DNA of 64,000 nt from Camelus dromedarius. Taxonomy: Eukaryota. Both the position numbers and the translations under genes were made by a program. Shown here piece by piece: positions 39,513 to 52,180 of this stretch (position 1 is the stretch's first letter; each line of letters starts with the position of its first letter). The notes beneath the pieces were generated by a model that ran no database searches, had not been told where the DNA came from, and was given only the letters and a program-made list of their open reading frames with translations. Location of the stretch: NCBI RefSeq assembly GCF_036321535.1, contig NC_087437.1, positions 12,092,001-12,156,000 on the forward strand. The letters run 5' to 3'.

Positions 39513-41457
39513 TACATGTGTTTGGTGTTATCATGGACTGAAGTGTGCCATGAACTCTTGTGAACAATTCACTGCCTCAGACACTGGTTTCTGTGTCTGT
39601 GAAATGAAAGAACTGGCCTCAGATAATCCTTATGGACTCTCAAGCTCTAATGTCTAAGTCTTTCATTATTAATCAGCCATAATAACATGCTCTCCAATGA
39701 GCCTTGTGCAGCAGCCTAATCCCTTACTCTCAAATTAGAAAATTAGGGTGATTAAAACAGATAGAAATATGTAAGATTTTTGTAGATTTTTCTTTGCAAC
39801 TCCGAGAAAACCTAGATATTTCTTTCTTTCTTTTTTTTTAAGTATTTGAAATAGTCATGTGATTTAGTGGATACAACCAAAATTCAATGATTTGGTTGAT
39901 AATATTTGTTGACTATTAGTCAAAAAACACTCTCAGAGAATACTTTGGAAATATGAATGTGAATTGTCCTAACTCTGAGACTATGGGGACACATTGTATT
40001 ATACTTTTTAATCCATATAAACTGACATGATTAAAAATAATAACATTTGAGAGTAATTATAGAGACTATCATAAACATTAATTAAGTGGCAAATTGTGCT
40101 TTGAAATCAATTTTTATTTATCTTCTTTGCAGAAAAGAAAATTCTCTTAGGCCTCTTTTCTTATCAATAAAGCCGCCTAAAAGAGGCCTTAAATATTAGA
40201 AATAACCTCACTAACAGGCTAAAAAGCCATTAGACAGTGATTTCAGCTGCAGCAAGATAAGAAATGAAATGAATTCTTGAAATTAAAGAAAATAAAAATT
40301 GATTAGAGAAAACCATATCTGCCAATAAAAGTTCTAAGCATTCATATGAATAAAGACTTGATATTCCTCCTTTGAGGTTGTCCTACTGAAATGTACTAAT
40401 TTTGACATTTTCATTTATATGTCACTTCCGAGATGAACTTTAAGTGCCATTTAATTGTATTTAGATGATAGCAAATACTCATAGGAGTTGTCAGCAAATT
40501 GTTTCATTAATAACTTTGGTACCAATTGGTTTTTGGTCTCAGAGCCTTTCTCCTTTTGAGTTGTGTGCAAAAGTGGAGTCATGTTTGTATCATGTCAAAC
40601 TTAACCCCATAGGGTTGTGCTGGATAAGCCCTGGGGTGCCTACCTTTCGGGCTTTCACTCTTGACCCTAGAGGATCTGTTGTCTCACTTTGTGTATTTTT
40701 AACTGGTTGGTGAGATGTGAGCCAGCCAAGGAAGGAGAAAGAGTAGAAACTGTATGTTTCAGAGTTACCCACACAGATATGCTTAAGACTAGGCAGAAGT
40801 TAAAATGAGCATGGTACTTGTGCAGGTGTCGGGAACAATCTGGAGACTTTACTCCAATTTAAGGGCTAGTTTCCAGAAAGGATATGGGGACAGTGTTGGC
40901 TGACCATCGACATGACATGGAGCCCAGAATCTCAGAGTTCTCCAGGCACTTGCTCAGTTTTTAAATGTTGGGAGTTAGTTAAAATGCACAGAAACACTTG
41001 GTGGAACAAACAATATTTGTCTGTAGATCACATGAATCCCAGTTTAAGAATAAGAAATCTGAAGAAGGTTCCCAAGCTACACAGTCAAATTCTATGAAAT
41101 TGAACTGTAGGACGTGGCTACTTTTATAGCTCAAGAAATGGTCAAACGTCAGCAATTTCCTACAGTTCAACCCAGCATTTTGCAATTTCAAAATATTGAG
41201 AATGATAGCATGTGCTGTCAGAACCGATGTGGAAGTTACATGAAACAGAAGAATAGCACAAAGTAACTCACTTTAAGTTGTTATGGTAATCATCCCCTCT
41301 CCCCCTTCCCTGATAAATTTGTTAAAAATCTGTGGACCTTCTTAGATACCCGAACTTTTGCATGAAGTTGTAAGATATGGGGGGAAGGGGATTATGAAAC
41401 CTGGAAATCAAAGATTTCAAGTTAAGGCCCTATGTGTGAACAGGTCCAATACAGTGG

Positions 41458-41835
41458 TGTATTTGGTTACTCCAGCTACCACAGCGAAGTGCCCGACCAT
41501 GTGGCTTCAACAAGAGAAATGCTTTCACAGTTTGAGAGGCTACAAGTCCAAGATCAAGGCAGGTTTGGTGTCTCTGGAGGCCTCTTACCTTGGCTTGCAG
41601 ACCGCTGTCTTCTGGCTGTGTCCTCACATGGCCTTTTCTCTGTGTATGCATGCCCCTGGTGTCCATTCATGTATCCGGATTTCTTCTTATAAGGGCACCA
41701 GTCAGATTGGATTAGGGCCCGCAAATATGACTTTGTGAAACATCTGAATCACCTCTTTCAAGGACCGTATTCTGAGGTCTGGGGAATTAGGGCTTCCATT
41801 TAGGGGGTGGAGGGAGCACAGCTCAGCCCATAACC
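41458..41835 (-). mobile_element. MaLR solo LTR (MLT1A/B-like) with 5-bp TSD
   Basis: aagtccaagatcaagg...tgtcctcacatggcc...ttataagggcaccagtcagattggattagggccc...cagcccataac; TSD AGTGG at 41453-41457 and 41836-41840. Confidence 0.9.
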
Positions 41836-42237
41836 AGTGGCGTGCTCAAAAGTTTTTAACAAACATCTCTCTCAGGAGAAAAATCCTCACTTGCAGCATT
41901 TGCCCATTTCTTTGGTGTGAATATTCCCACCATGGCTAATTTCAAGTTATCGACATGACATCACCGAACACAGACTTGGGCCGGTTTGTACAAAAGTGCA
42001 CCATTCTGTGGCAGTTGAAACCTCCAGACCATAGAGAATGTACATGTAATAAAATAATCAGGAAGAGATGAGGTTTTAGTCTTTTATTATCTTTGTTGTT
42101 AATATGATTTTTGATAAGTTTTCATAATTTAATTTTCACTAATGGCTGTGTTTGTTTAACAATTAGCTAGCCAAATTCCTGAAAATTGAACAATGGGTCT
42201 TCCAGAGCCAATACAAACCAGCTGCAGCACACCGCTG
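41836..42237. mobile_element. MER63-like (hAT-Blackjack) element
   Basis: Ends (c)agtggcgtgct / agcacaccgctg; internal tattcccaccatggctaatttcaag. Confidence 0.8.
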
Positions 42238-43225
42238 GGTCATGTCGCTCTTCAGTAAAATTCTAGCATTAGGAACGAGAAAGTAGGGCAGCCTCTGCTG
42301 AAATCATAAAGGGAGGATCTATTGGACATGATGATGGACAGGATATGGGTGAAAATAAGCAGGAAAAATCCAAAATGAATGAATGGGAGAGCTTGGAAGG
42401 GGTTTGAGGAAAGAGCGAGGTTAGATGGGGCAATGAATTGGGTAGGGATGATGGAAGAGCCAGCCTGAGGGTCCAGTGGCCTGAATTCCTGTCCTCGTCC
42501 CACCCTAACAAGCCTGTTGATGTGGGCCAAGAACAACATCTCTAAAATATATCCCCACCACCCCTGATGACTTCTCAGGAGCCTCTCAACCCTAAAATCA
42601 TGGGATCCTATCCCTTGCTCTATGATCGCCAAGTCCTTTTTATTTCTCCATCTCTACAAGCCAATTAAAAACAAAATCCAAAAGTCAGGTTTGTGTCTGT
42701 CCCTTACATGGGATACAATCACCTCCCCAGAAGATACATTTAATGGAAAGGAAGAACACAACTCTATTGTCTCTAATAATTAGCATCATAATTTATATGA
42801 TTACTTTTCATGTTTATTATTATATTTACATTAAGTTTGCATTTATATTAAATTTATATTTTGAGTATTCTATCAGCATAATAATTTATCAGGGAGAGGT
42901 TTCTCAAGCACTTCTTTTCTATCCTTACGACCCTCAGAGGCATCACAGGTAACCCATCTAAAAGCGCATCGGCTTGGAAGAGCAGGTACGTGAACAATGT
43001 CAGAGACGCAGGCACCCTCAGAGGGACTTTACTTTCCGTCCAGTAGTTAAGCTCAGTGTATGTTTTATGTTTTGACTGCATCCCAGCAGGGTGCCTCGCT
43101 GTTGTGCTTTTGAAAGGTTATTCTAAAGAAAAATGACTGTGCACTTAAGACCCTCTCTGGAAAAAACCGAGATCTTCATTGGCTCGTGGGCTTTTCAAAC
43201 TCTTCTGCAAATATGCCTTCATAAC

Positions 43226-43853
43226 TGTTGCGGGTGACTAGGTTCTTTTCCCATCACAGAAAGAATTCAGAGACAGGACGCAGAAGTTAAGAAAGTAAAG
43301 TGGGGATTTATTAAGGGATGGATAGGACACTCTCACGGGGAGAGCAGGCAGGCTCAGGTGAGCAACTCTGTAAGTTGGTTACAGAGAGTGCAAAAATGAA
43401 TGGGTGGGATATTCATTATGGAGGGAAGATTTTGGAGTCGTATTTCCTGCTTTTCATCCCAGCTTCACCTTCCCGAGGGGAGGAGAAATTTTTGTCCAGT
43501 TTTGTCTTTATTTGGAGGGTCATGGCATCGGTGCATGATGGGGACTTCTAATCTGCAAGACTAATTTTATCGAAATGAGGGCATAATGAGCAAAAGGTTA
43601 CATTTGGACATTGGAGATTCCTGCCTTTTCTCACCTTTCTGTGTTGGCCTCCAGGCCATTTGTCACCCCAAAATGTGTGATCACTTATCAGCCCAGAGGT
43701 TCCTGCTTATCCTTCTCTGTCTAGGGACCCCTGCTGTTTACATGATGTAGGGTTTCCCACATTTGGCCAGTACCCCTCCTTTTTGCCCAGTTCCTGCCAT
43801 TTGACCCGCATCCCCTTTCTCTGCTCATATCTAACTATCTGCCTGCTCTCACA
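43226..43853 (-). mobile_element. ERV1-class solo LTR with 4-bp TSD
   Basis: TG...CA termini; TSD TAAC at 43222-43225 and 43854-43857; minus-strand AATAAA at 43307-43312. Confidence 0.9.
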
Positions 43854-43977
43854 TAACCGTTTCAAATCTGTCTTGTAAATAACTACATGTTGAAATGAAC
43901 ATGAAATAGAAATGAAAATAATCATCGTACAAGATGTTCATCACCCCACTCACTTCACTTTGTGATGTGATCCTTGC

Positions 43978-44150
43978 TCCAGTGCTTCTCAAAGTGAGGT
44001 CCCTGGACCGGCAGCATCAGCATCCCCTGGGAGCTGGTTAGAAATGCAAATTGCCAGGCCTTCCCTTAGACCCAGTGAGTGAGAATCTCCGAGAAGGGGG
44101 CCCCACCTTGCTGTTATAAAACGCCTTCAAACTGACTCTGACGCAGGCTC
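43978..44150. mobile_element. MER5A MITE
   Basis: cagtgcttctcaaagtgaggtccctggaccggcagcatcagcatcccctgggagctggttagaaatgcaaat. Confidence 0.85.
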
Positions 44151-44232
44151 ACTGACAGGATGCTCTACTGCAGAAAACTCCCAAGGAGTCAGGCTTTCCT
44201 CCCTTTGTTCATCACGCCGTTCATCCCTTTAG

Positions 44233-44365
44233 GCCAGTGGCTGTGAAAGGGAGGTCCCTGAACGAGTAGTATCAGCCTCACTTGGGAACTTGCTAGCAAC
44301 ACAGATTCCCAGACCTCACTCAGACCTGTTTCATTAAGAATTTGGGACATGGGGTTCAGCAAGAG
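44233..44365. mobile_element. MER5A MITE (second, partial)
   Basis: gaggtccctgaacgagtagtatcagcctcacttgggaacttgctag...ctcactcagacct. Confidence 0.65.
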
Positions 44366-46746
44366 GGAGCATTAATGTCAAAGTGTAATTGAAAATAATG
44401 GACTTGGGTAGCTCCACTGAGACTGGGGAGAGGAAAGCATTAGCCTGGGAAAGCATCAGTTTTGGAGACAGTGGGTTTAGAAGAGGAAGGAGAGGCAGTG
44501 AGATAGAGCCATTCTGTGGTCAGGTGTGTCAGAACAACAGGTGGTGGGGAGAGTGGCAAACTGGTTTCCAAGGAGAATCATTCCTGTGGGAGTGCTGACC
44601 CCTCCCCACCCCACCTGCCCCCATGCTGTAGCTCTCCCAGCCCTAGCCCTGCCTGTCGCCAGCACAGGGGCCCAGACCTGTTCTCACCACCATCCCTGGA
44701 ATGGGGTCATCTCACTCCATAAAGAAAAAGCACAGAAAACCTCATCCTTCAACAGGTCTCCTAGCAAGATCCTGGCTGCTGCACAGAGTGGTCTACCTTC
44801 AGCTTCACTTTAGGACCTTTTAAATCAGACGGAGCTGGTTTGGATGCTGACAGATCCTATTCTTAGACAGGGAGCATTTTACAGAAGAGCAAGGTGTCTT
44901 GGCGAAGACCTGCTCACAGTCTGAAAGCTGAGTCTGCTCCCCGCCTAGACTTTTCCCACTAATATCCTCCTGACCCTCATAAAACCATAGGTCAATCCCA
45001 AGGAACCCAAGAGTCAAATGAGTGTCCATTTCCTCTTCTTAGAAAACAGGAGCCTCTGGCAAAAAAGATAAACTGCAAGGGTAAGAAATAAATGAAATGA
45101 ATTGGTCTAGAGTTTGGCCCAACTCTGATTTGCATAACTGCTTCAAAACTGGTGACCTGGGAATAAATTCCAAGAGGAAGGTATTTCCAAGTTGCATTTA
45201 TGGGTAAACGGCCCACGGGAGCCTTTTCCTTGGCCTTCACTGATGAGCCGTCTTAGATTTAAAATGTGTGGCCAGTGGGGAGTTTCCTTTTCTCTCTGTG
45301 ATGCTGACCCATTTCTCAGCCACTCCAGTGACATCCTGAAGCCCCATTTCCCATGCATTCCAGCACACCTTGTGTTTTAAAGATAATCCTTTGAGAGATC
45401 CGGGTCCATAAACCAGGGTAAGTCCCGGGTGGCAATGCAGTGCTGTTCTTCATCTCAGGAATGGGCCATAAGGGTCCTGGTACTATTTCATCCAAATGGG
45501 AAAAGGAAATTAACACGGGCCAGGCTAGAAGGCAGAAATCCTTTAGTTACATTTAGCTGCCAGGGAACACTAGGTCCGAGAAACCACACCAGAGCGAGAA
45601 TACCTGCTTGGTAATGTATAAGGCAGGGCCTCTGAATGCGGGGACGCGTAGAATGTCGTGTCAGGCAAGACAAATCACGTCCTTCAGTTACAGTGCAGCT
45701 TGAAAGCCCTTTATTCCCCTGAGAGACAGATATCTCATGCCATCCAACTGAGCTTTCAGTGCTAAGAATGGAGTCACAGGGGGTGATCAAGTAGATTGCA
45801 TTGCTGGTCAATACCTTTTCTATTATTATGTTACTGGAAAATAATTATTATCTTCTGCCCGAGCCTGTGCGAGATTGGGAAAGATCAGGGAGAGGAAAAA
45901 TATTGCATTGTTCAACGTGCACTTCATATTCAGCCCCTACACGTGTTAAAGCCAGCAGTGCTAGCCGAAGATTACTTTGTGTTATTTTCTAAATCATCAC
46001 CTGAGAATAATTTCTTCTGCCTTTTTCCGTGACCAGTAAGCTGGGTTGGGAATGTGATTCTGAAATTTATCATCAAAAAAAGGAGTATTGGGTACATCAA
46101 TATTTAATTCCATAATCTTCCAAAGATTTGATTTGGGTTAAAAAACTTGATATCTAGGGCCTTTGAACCACAGTAATGTGATGTTTGATAAATTTTTGAG
46201 GGAGGAAAGTTTTGTGGTTTAATTTAGCAAGCGTTTATTATTTGTATTATATTATCTTATGCTTCCAGCTGAGCACCATTAAAATAAATAAGTTGGGGCC
46301 TAGAAAGTTCAGCTTTCTGCAGTTGGAGCCTCTCAGGGAACATTGGTGTTTAGTCACATAACTTTGAGGAAGTCTGACAGCTTCCTGGAAAAGCTGTGAA
46401 GAAGTCAGTCCCAACTGAAGAGCTGGTTTTCACTTGTGTCATGTTCCAGAGTGCTCTTGAATTTATCAAACGTGTCTGTCTGATCCCTATAACCCTAAAT
46501 GTAAGCGCAGGGGCCGTGTGGTATTTTTTCTGGTTCATCCTCAGTGCATGTCAGATACTCGTATGTTGGTTAACGTCAAACAAACAAACAAACAAACAAA
46601 AGTACCCCCACTCCCCCTTCAACAGGGACGTGCAGCAGAAAATCAGTATGATTTTCTTCTCATCCTGAGATTTTTTTTATTCTGGTGGTTTCCCCCAGTC
46701 TCCTTCCATTATAGGAATATGAAACCTTTGTTCTGATGGGCTGCGG

Positions 46747-46976
46747 CACGGTTTCTAGATTCAGCACTCCTGACATTAGACGTGATCATCTCCGTTGTGA
46801 AGGGCTGTCCATCATGTTGTAGGATGTTTAATAGCAACCCTGACCTCTGCTCACTAGGTGCCAGTTGGACCCCTTCCGGCCAAGTTGGGACAACCAAAAT
46901 GTGCCCAGATGTTGCCTAATGCCCCCTGGGGGCTAGAATTGCTTTCCCCTCCCCCACCACCCATGGAGAACCCCTG
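46747..46976. mobile_element. MER20 (hAT-Charlie) MITE
   Basis: cagcactcctgacatt...gttgtaggatgtttaatagcaaccctgacctctgctcactaggtgccag...gacaaccaaaatgtg...gagaacccctg. Confidence 0.8.
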
Positions 46977-48239
46977 GATACATGAGACACACACAGGTCT
47001 GTCCTGGAACTGAAACTGTCAGGAAACAGATGCACGTGGCACAGGCCCTGAGCTGGTTTCCTTGGCCTCTTCCTAGCCAGTAAGCTTTCCCTACAGGTTC
47101 CCATGGGAAGAGAGCTGGTTCTTTTCATGAAAAGATAAACTGAGCCTCCCTCGCCCCCTCCCCTACCACTCCATAATACAGACACTTTACTGGAGTAGGG
47201 AATTGCGGGTGGCGGGGCCAGGGGGGGTAGGCAAAAGATAGGGCTGCAGAATGCAGTGGAAACTGATAGGTTCATTGGTGTCCTCTGCTCTGCTGACCTC
47301 TAGCTTTCCCTCAGCTAACAGACCCTCTCCTACCCACCCTTACTTTCTAGCAAGAACTTGGGGTCGAGGCCTGGACAGACTTGTGTCGAGTAGCCACACC
47401 TGAGAATAGCCAACTGTTTATCTCACCCCTGCCTGAAGTAAGAACAACTAAAAGGACCAGTTGTAAATAATTCCAATTTTTTTATATACTTTTCCTCAAG
47501 CTCTTATTCCACTTTTAGGGAATTACTGTCAGCATTAAAAAAACAAAAAAACAAAAAACCTAAAAGTAAACCAAGACACCTAAAGGCCAGCCTGAACAGA
47601 ACCCCTGTCAGGAAAAGTACAAGAGGAAAATTAATGCACTTGACTTTTCTTAATATTCTATTGTTACGGTTCATAATTTATTATTCCTGGGAGATTTTTA
47701 AAGCCATTAGGAGGATTTTCCCCCACTAAACATCCACACCCATCTAACCCTGTAATCGAGGCAGAGTATCAGTTAAGCTAAAACTGTTTTCTTTCCCCAT
47801 TTTGGGAGGAAACTCTTAATCGGGCCATTATTCACAAATTCACTAATTGTTTTTGCTGCTAACAGTAGCCAATGTTAGCAACAATAGTGACCATTGAAAC
47901 TGCATCATAAGAGACATCCGCAATCAGTGAGCGATCTGATTTATCCTCATTAACTCAAAGTCTGCACGATGGAGCCTGCCTGTCCACACCTTCCACTTAC
48001 CTGATGCAGGAATGGTAAAACAAAGACAGTAAAAGCTAATGTCCCTGCGGTCTATAATAATTAGCTGGAACACTTTTTTTCCCCCTCAAAGCCAGTTCCA
48101 GTCATTAGTTGAAGTGCGACAGAAATGCTAGGCTTTTGTAAAGTTAATCCCATCCCAGGGTGAGACTGGTCTGTTGACTGATCATGTGGATCCGAAGGGA
48201 AGCAGAGGTTAAGGACATGGAGATGCCACTACTCCCCTG

Positions 48240-48580
48240 TCAAGATTGGCAGAGGTGGCAAAGTTTGATCATTTATCTCATTGGTCAGGATGTATGGGAA
48301 ATAGGAGCCGTATTCACTGTTTGTGGAAATCTAAGGTGGCGGAGCACAGACGATTCATGGGGGTGGCAGGTGGGGTGCCAGGGGCGGGAATTACGACCAA
48401 ACTCACCCTTTGTTCTAGCACATTGGCTTCTGAGACTGTACCCTGCAAATCCTCTCACAAAAGTCCACAGAGAGAAAAGGGCAAGGTTGTGTTGCATTGT
48501 TTACAATCATACAAAAGAAAACAACTCAGTTGTCAGTCATAGGATACCACATTACCTCATGCAGTGAATACAGTATTCGG
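48240..48580 (+). mobile_element. Old L1ME-like fragment
   Basis: aagattggc...aaagtttgat...ttggtcaggatgtatgggaaatagg...gcattgtttacaat. Confidence 0.5.
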
Positions 48581-48938
48581 CAACCCATAGGCACTCAGTG
48601 AAACGTATGAAGCTGAATCGAAAAGTCACTCATCACACATCAGCTTAAGTCATTCTATTCATACTCAGATAATGGCTAAATGTCTTCTGGGTGCCAGGCA
48701 TTCACTTAGATTTTTGCTACTAATACAATTTGTGCTTTTGTTTTTAAAATTGAGAGACAATTTGATGGTATAGATCATATTAGTGTTTCTGTTTCTTTTG
48801 TTTTGCCAGTATTTATTGAGTGGGTATTATGATGAGGGTCTGGAGTTTTAAGAAAGGAGTAAGGGAGTCCTGGACCCCCCAGGAACCTACAAGCAGTGGA
48901 GACAAAATAGCAATCGTTCATCTGTTGTAAAAGATGTC

Positions 48939-49430
48939 TGTATCAATCAAGGTTCAATCAGAGAGGCAGAGCCCACTATGAGTCTTGGGATGAGAAATTT
49001 ATCATAGGAATTAGATCTTACTCAACTTTGGGAGGAGCTGGGAAGTAAAAGTCTGAAGCGGAGAATCAGAGAAGTCACCAACCAGTAAATCTGAGACACA
49101 GGCACCACCAGCCCCCAAAAAGGGACTGAAAAGGGAACGGTGGAGGTGGGGGGAGGATGCTAAGGGAGGCAGCGTCAATGTAGCTGCCACTTCTGGATGC
49201 ACTGGACATTGTTGGACCACCAGGTCAGTGGTCAAGAGGAGCTGGACATGGACAGGAGAAAGGATGTCAGAACTGCATCTAAACATGAGGACTTGAGAAA
49301 GAAATGGTCCCTGCTTCCAGGTCTCAGGCAAGTTCCTCTTGACCCAACTAGAACTCAATCCCATTAGGAGAAGGGGCCTCTGGGAAGTGAATTTCAGCTC
49401 AGCCAAGGTGGCTTAATACAAAATGCTACA
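48939..49430 (-). mobile_element. Old ERVL-type LTR (LTR40-like)
   Basis: tgtatcaatcaaggttcaatcagagaggcagagcccactatgag...ataggaattagatcttac...gggaggagctgg...ctctgggaagtg. Confidence 0.6.
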
Positions 49431-49807
49431 ATCACTGTTCGTTAGCTTAAGCTTTCTCCATCACATTACTGAAAAGCTTCATGTTCAATAAAAGTACATG
49501 GTGGTCTCTCCCAGACCTCATTTCATCTCATCTCAAATTGAAGAGTAGACAATTTAGATACTGGTAAATCTATGTCTCCAGATTATGGATTGTTAATCTC
49601 TTCAGGTTGTACTGAGGCTGTGCGATGCAGTCACCTCAGCAGAATGTGTGTTGCCCTAAGGATATTTTTGAGCCTCTGCTCACTTGCTTACTTTGGGGGC
49701 CAGAAATGGATGCTTGGATTGGACTCCAGTCTCTTCGGTGTATGTCACGAGGGCTAGAGTGCTGTGGTTTGTAGGATATTCTACAACTTCACTTAAAAAG
49801 GCAATGT

Positions 49808-50432
49808 TTTTTTTCTTTAGATTCCACAAACAAGCGATACCATATGGTATTTTAATTTCTCTTTCTGGCTTACCTCACTTGGAATGATGATCTCCAGGTC
49901 CATCCATGTTGCTGCAAATGGCATTATTTTATTCTTTTTCATGATATTCCATTTCGTGATATTCCATTATATACATATACCATAAATTCTTTATCCAGTC
50001 ATCTGTCGATGGACATTTAGGTAGTTTCCATGTCTTGGCTATTGTAAATAGTGCTGCTGTGAACATTGGGGAGCATGGATCTTTTCGAATTAGAGCTTCC
50101 TCCAGATATATGCCCAGGAGTAACCCAATTAACCTATTTACAAAACAGAGACAGACTCGCAGACATAGAAAACAAACTTATGGTTACCAAGCGGGAAGGG
50201 GAGAGGAGTAGGCAGGGATAAACTGAGAATTCAGGATTTATAGATACTAATTACTATATGTAGGACAGATAAATAACAAGGTCCTACTGTACAGCACAGG
50301 GAACTATATTAATACCTTATAATGGCCTACAATGAAGAATATGAAGAGGAATATATACATGTATAAATGAATCACATTCTGTATGCTAGAAATTAACACA
50401 ACATTGTAAATCGACTATACTTCATTTAAAAA
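49808..50432 (+). mobile_element. L1 3' end with 5' inversion (49808-50120 antisense, 50121-50432 sense)
   Basis: Two L1 3' segments in opposite orientation inside one imperfect TSD (aaaaaggcaatgt / aaaaatgcagtgt). Confidence 0.85.
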
Positions 50433-51039
50433 ATGCAGTGTCTCACATAGTAGGTGTAAAATAAATGCTTGTGTTGGGTGTGGGGAGACGAGAAAGCATT
50501 TGGGTTGTGGCTTCCTAGGCAGAGGAAGATGGATACATATTTTTGTTCAGTGTCACAAAAGTAGATGTGCAAAGAGCAAATCATCACCAAAACAGTTTTT
50601 TTTTTATGGCAGAACACAGGTACTCCAGGTCAACTCCAACAACACAGACATGGGCCATCATCTATGCCAGCCTCAACGTTGCTTCCCCTTTCCTCCTCCT
50701 CCTCTCTCTTACTCAGCCAAAAATCAGTAATAAACACAAAAAAAGAAGACTACAAGTGTTGTTTTTGTGTTATAGAGTGATTTAACAGCTTTTTAAATTA
50801 AAGATTTTGTGTAAGGATCTAAATTTGGAAATCCCAAAAACCTAGAATCTCTGGTCTGACACTTCCCTGTGACATCTGTGGGTGGAGCTCAAAGGCCACT
50901 ACCCCTTTCAGACAGGGGCTTTCCTATTGCCACGGTCCCCACCACTCTAAATTGTCCCCAACAAAGGCCGTTTGTCATCTCACACGTGATATATGTCTCA
51001 GGAGTCAAGAAATATTGATAGGTGATAATGATTAAGCTG

Positions 51040-51255
51040 TGACAGTTGATTTAACCCTTAAGTGCCAGGCACTGTGCTGAGCGCTTCAGCACTTAATTTT
51101 TTATCTCATTCTTTCGACCATCCAAGGTAGCTATTATTTCTGTCTTATGGCTGAACAACTGAGATTAAAGGAGTTCAGGGCTTCCCCTGAGTTAGATCAA
51201 AGGAAGCGATGGGCCAGCATTGGGTACAGGAAAACAGAATCCAACTTAAGAGCTC
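51040..51255 (-). mobile_element. MIR SINE
   Basis: gtgccaggcactgtgctgagcgctt...tatctcatt...aaggtagctattatt...caactgagattaaaggagtt. Confidence 0.65.
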
Positions 51256-51460
51256 AGGTTTATAAACAGAGTCCACAGAAAAGAGCCAGAGAGTGAGAAG
51301 TTTCATTTCAACCTTGCAGGTCCTACAGTCTGTTGCAACAACTCAGTTCTGCAGTGTGGTGTGAAAGTAGCCAGAGGGTATGTAAAGGAATGAGTGTGGC
51401 ATGCTCTAGCAGATTTTCACAGAGACAGGCAGTGCCCAGATCTCTCCCAGAGCCTGCAGC
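51256..51460. mobile_element. MER58A-like MITE
   Basis: tctgttgcaacaactcagttctgcagtgtggtgtgaaagtagccagag...tgtaaaggaatgagtgtggc. Confidence 0.7.
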
Positions 51461-52164
51461 CTCGGTGACTGCAGCAGCCAAGGGTAGTTATCCTTCAGGA
51501 ACTGCCCCAAGGGCCCTGGATGTTGTAACATGGTCCTTCGCGTCGTCCTTCATAGCAGGTGGACCTATGGGAAATTTCATGTAGTTCAACCCAGGGCTAC
51601 ACCAATCTGGATGAAAATTGACTAGTGTTCACTTTTGAACTCTTAATGATTTCTGGCTCCAAATTTACGTTGTTTCTTGCTCCTTTTGTTTTTCAAACAC
51701 TTGAAATGCCAGCCATGGGGACAAAAGAAAGGAGTGAGTCCCAGAGGCCTGGTGCGGAAGGAGGACGGCATCCTTGCAGGACTGCAGAAGATGTCTTCCT
51801 GAGCTCCCTCCCCGTTGGGGGAACTGAGGTCCAGAGACATCAGGAAACATGTGCAAAGTCACACCACTCCTCGGTCCACAGGGGAGAATCTGATGTCACA
51901 GGTCCGTGGCCCCAAAGCCCGAGGTGTTTTCATCTACTGTGTGACTATCTTGACTTTGTATTCCTAAGTCACTTACATTAAGTACATCACCGAAAAGAAA
52001 CAACTAGATCCATAGGCTTTCTTTTCCTTAAGGGTGCTTTCCTTCAACATTACTTATTGGGGGCCTACTGTGCGCCTGGCACGGAGGATGAGGTGCTGAA
52101 TAAAGTGGAAAGCCTGGAATTATATTTCATGTGGAGAGAGACAGCAAACATTTCTAAGGGACAA

Positions 52165-52180
52165 CCCCCCCCCCCCCCCC
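52165..52180. repeat. C16 homopolymer
   Basis: Direct reading. Confidence 0.95.

Noticed and set aside
42900..43000. Possible small exons (CAG|GTAACC and CAG|GTACGT donors)
   Set aside because: Acceptor context is weak or ambiguous, the 11-nt and 37-nt candidates are not frame-preserving, and I recognise no peptide.
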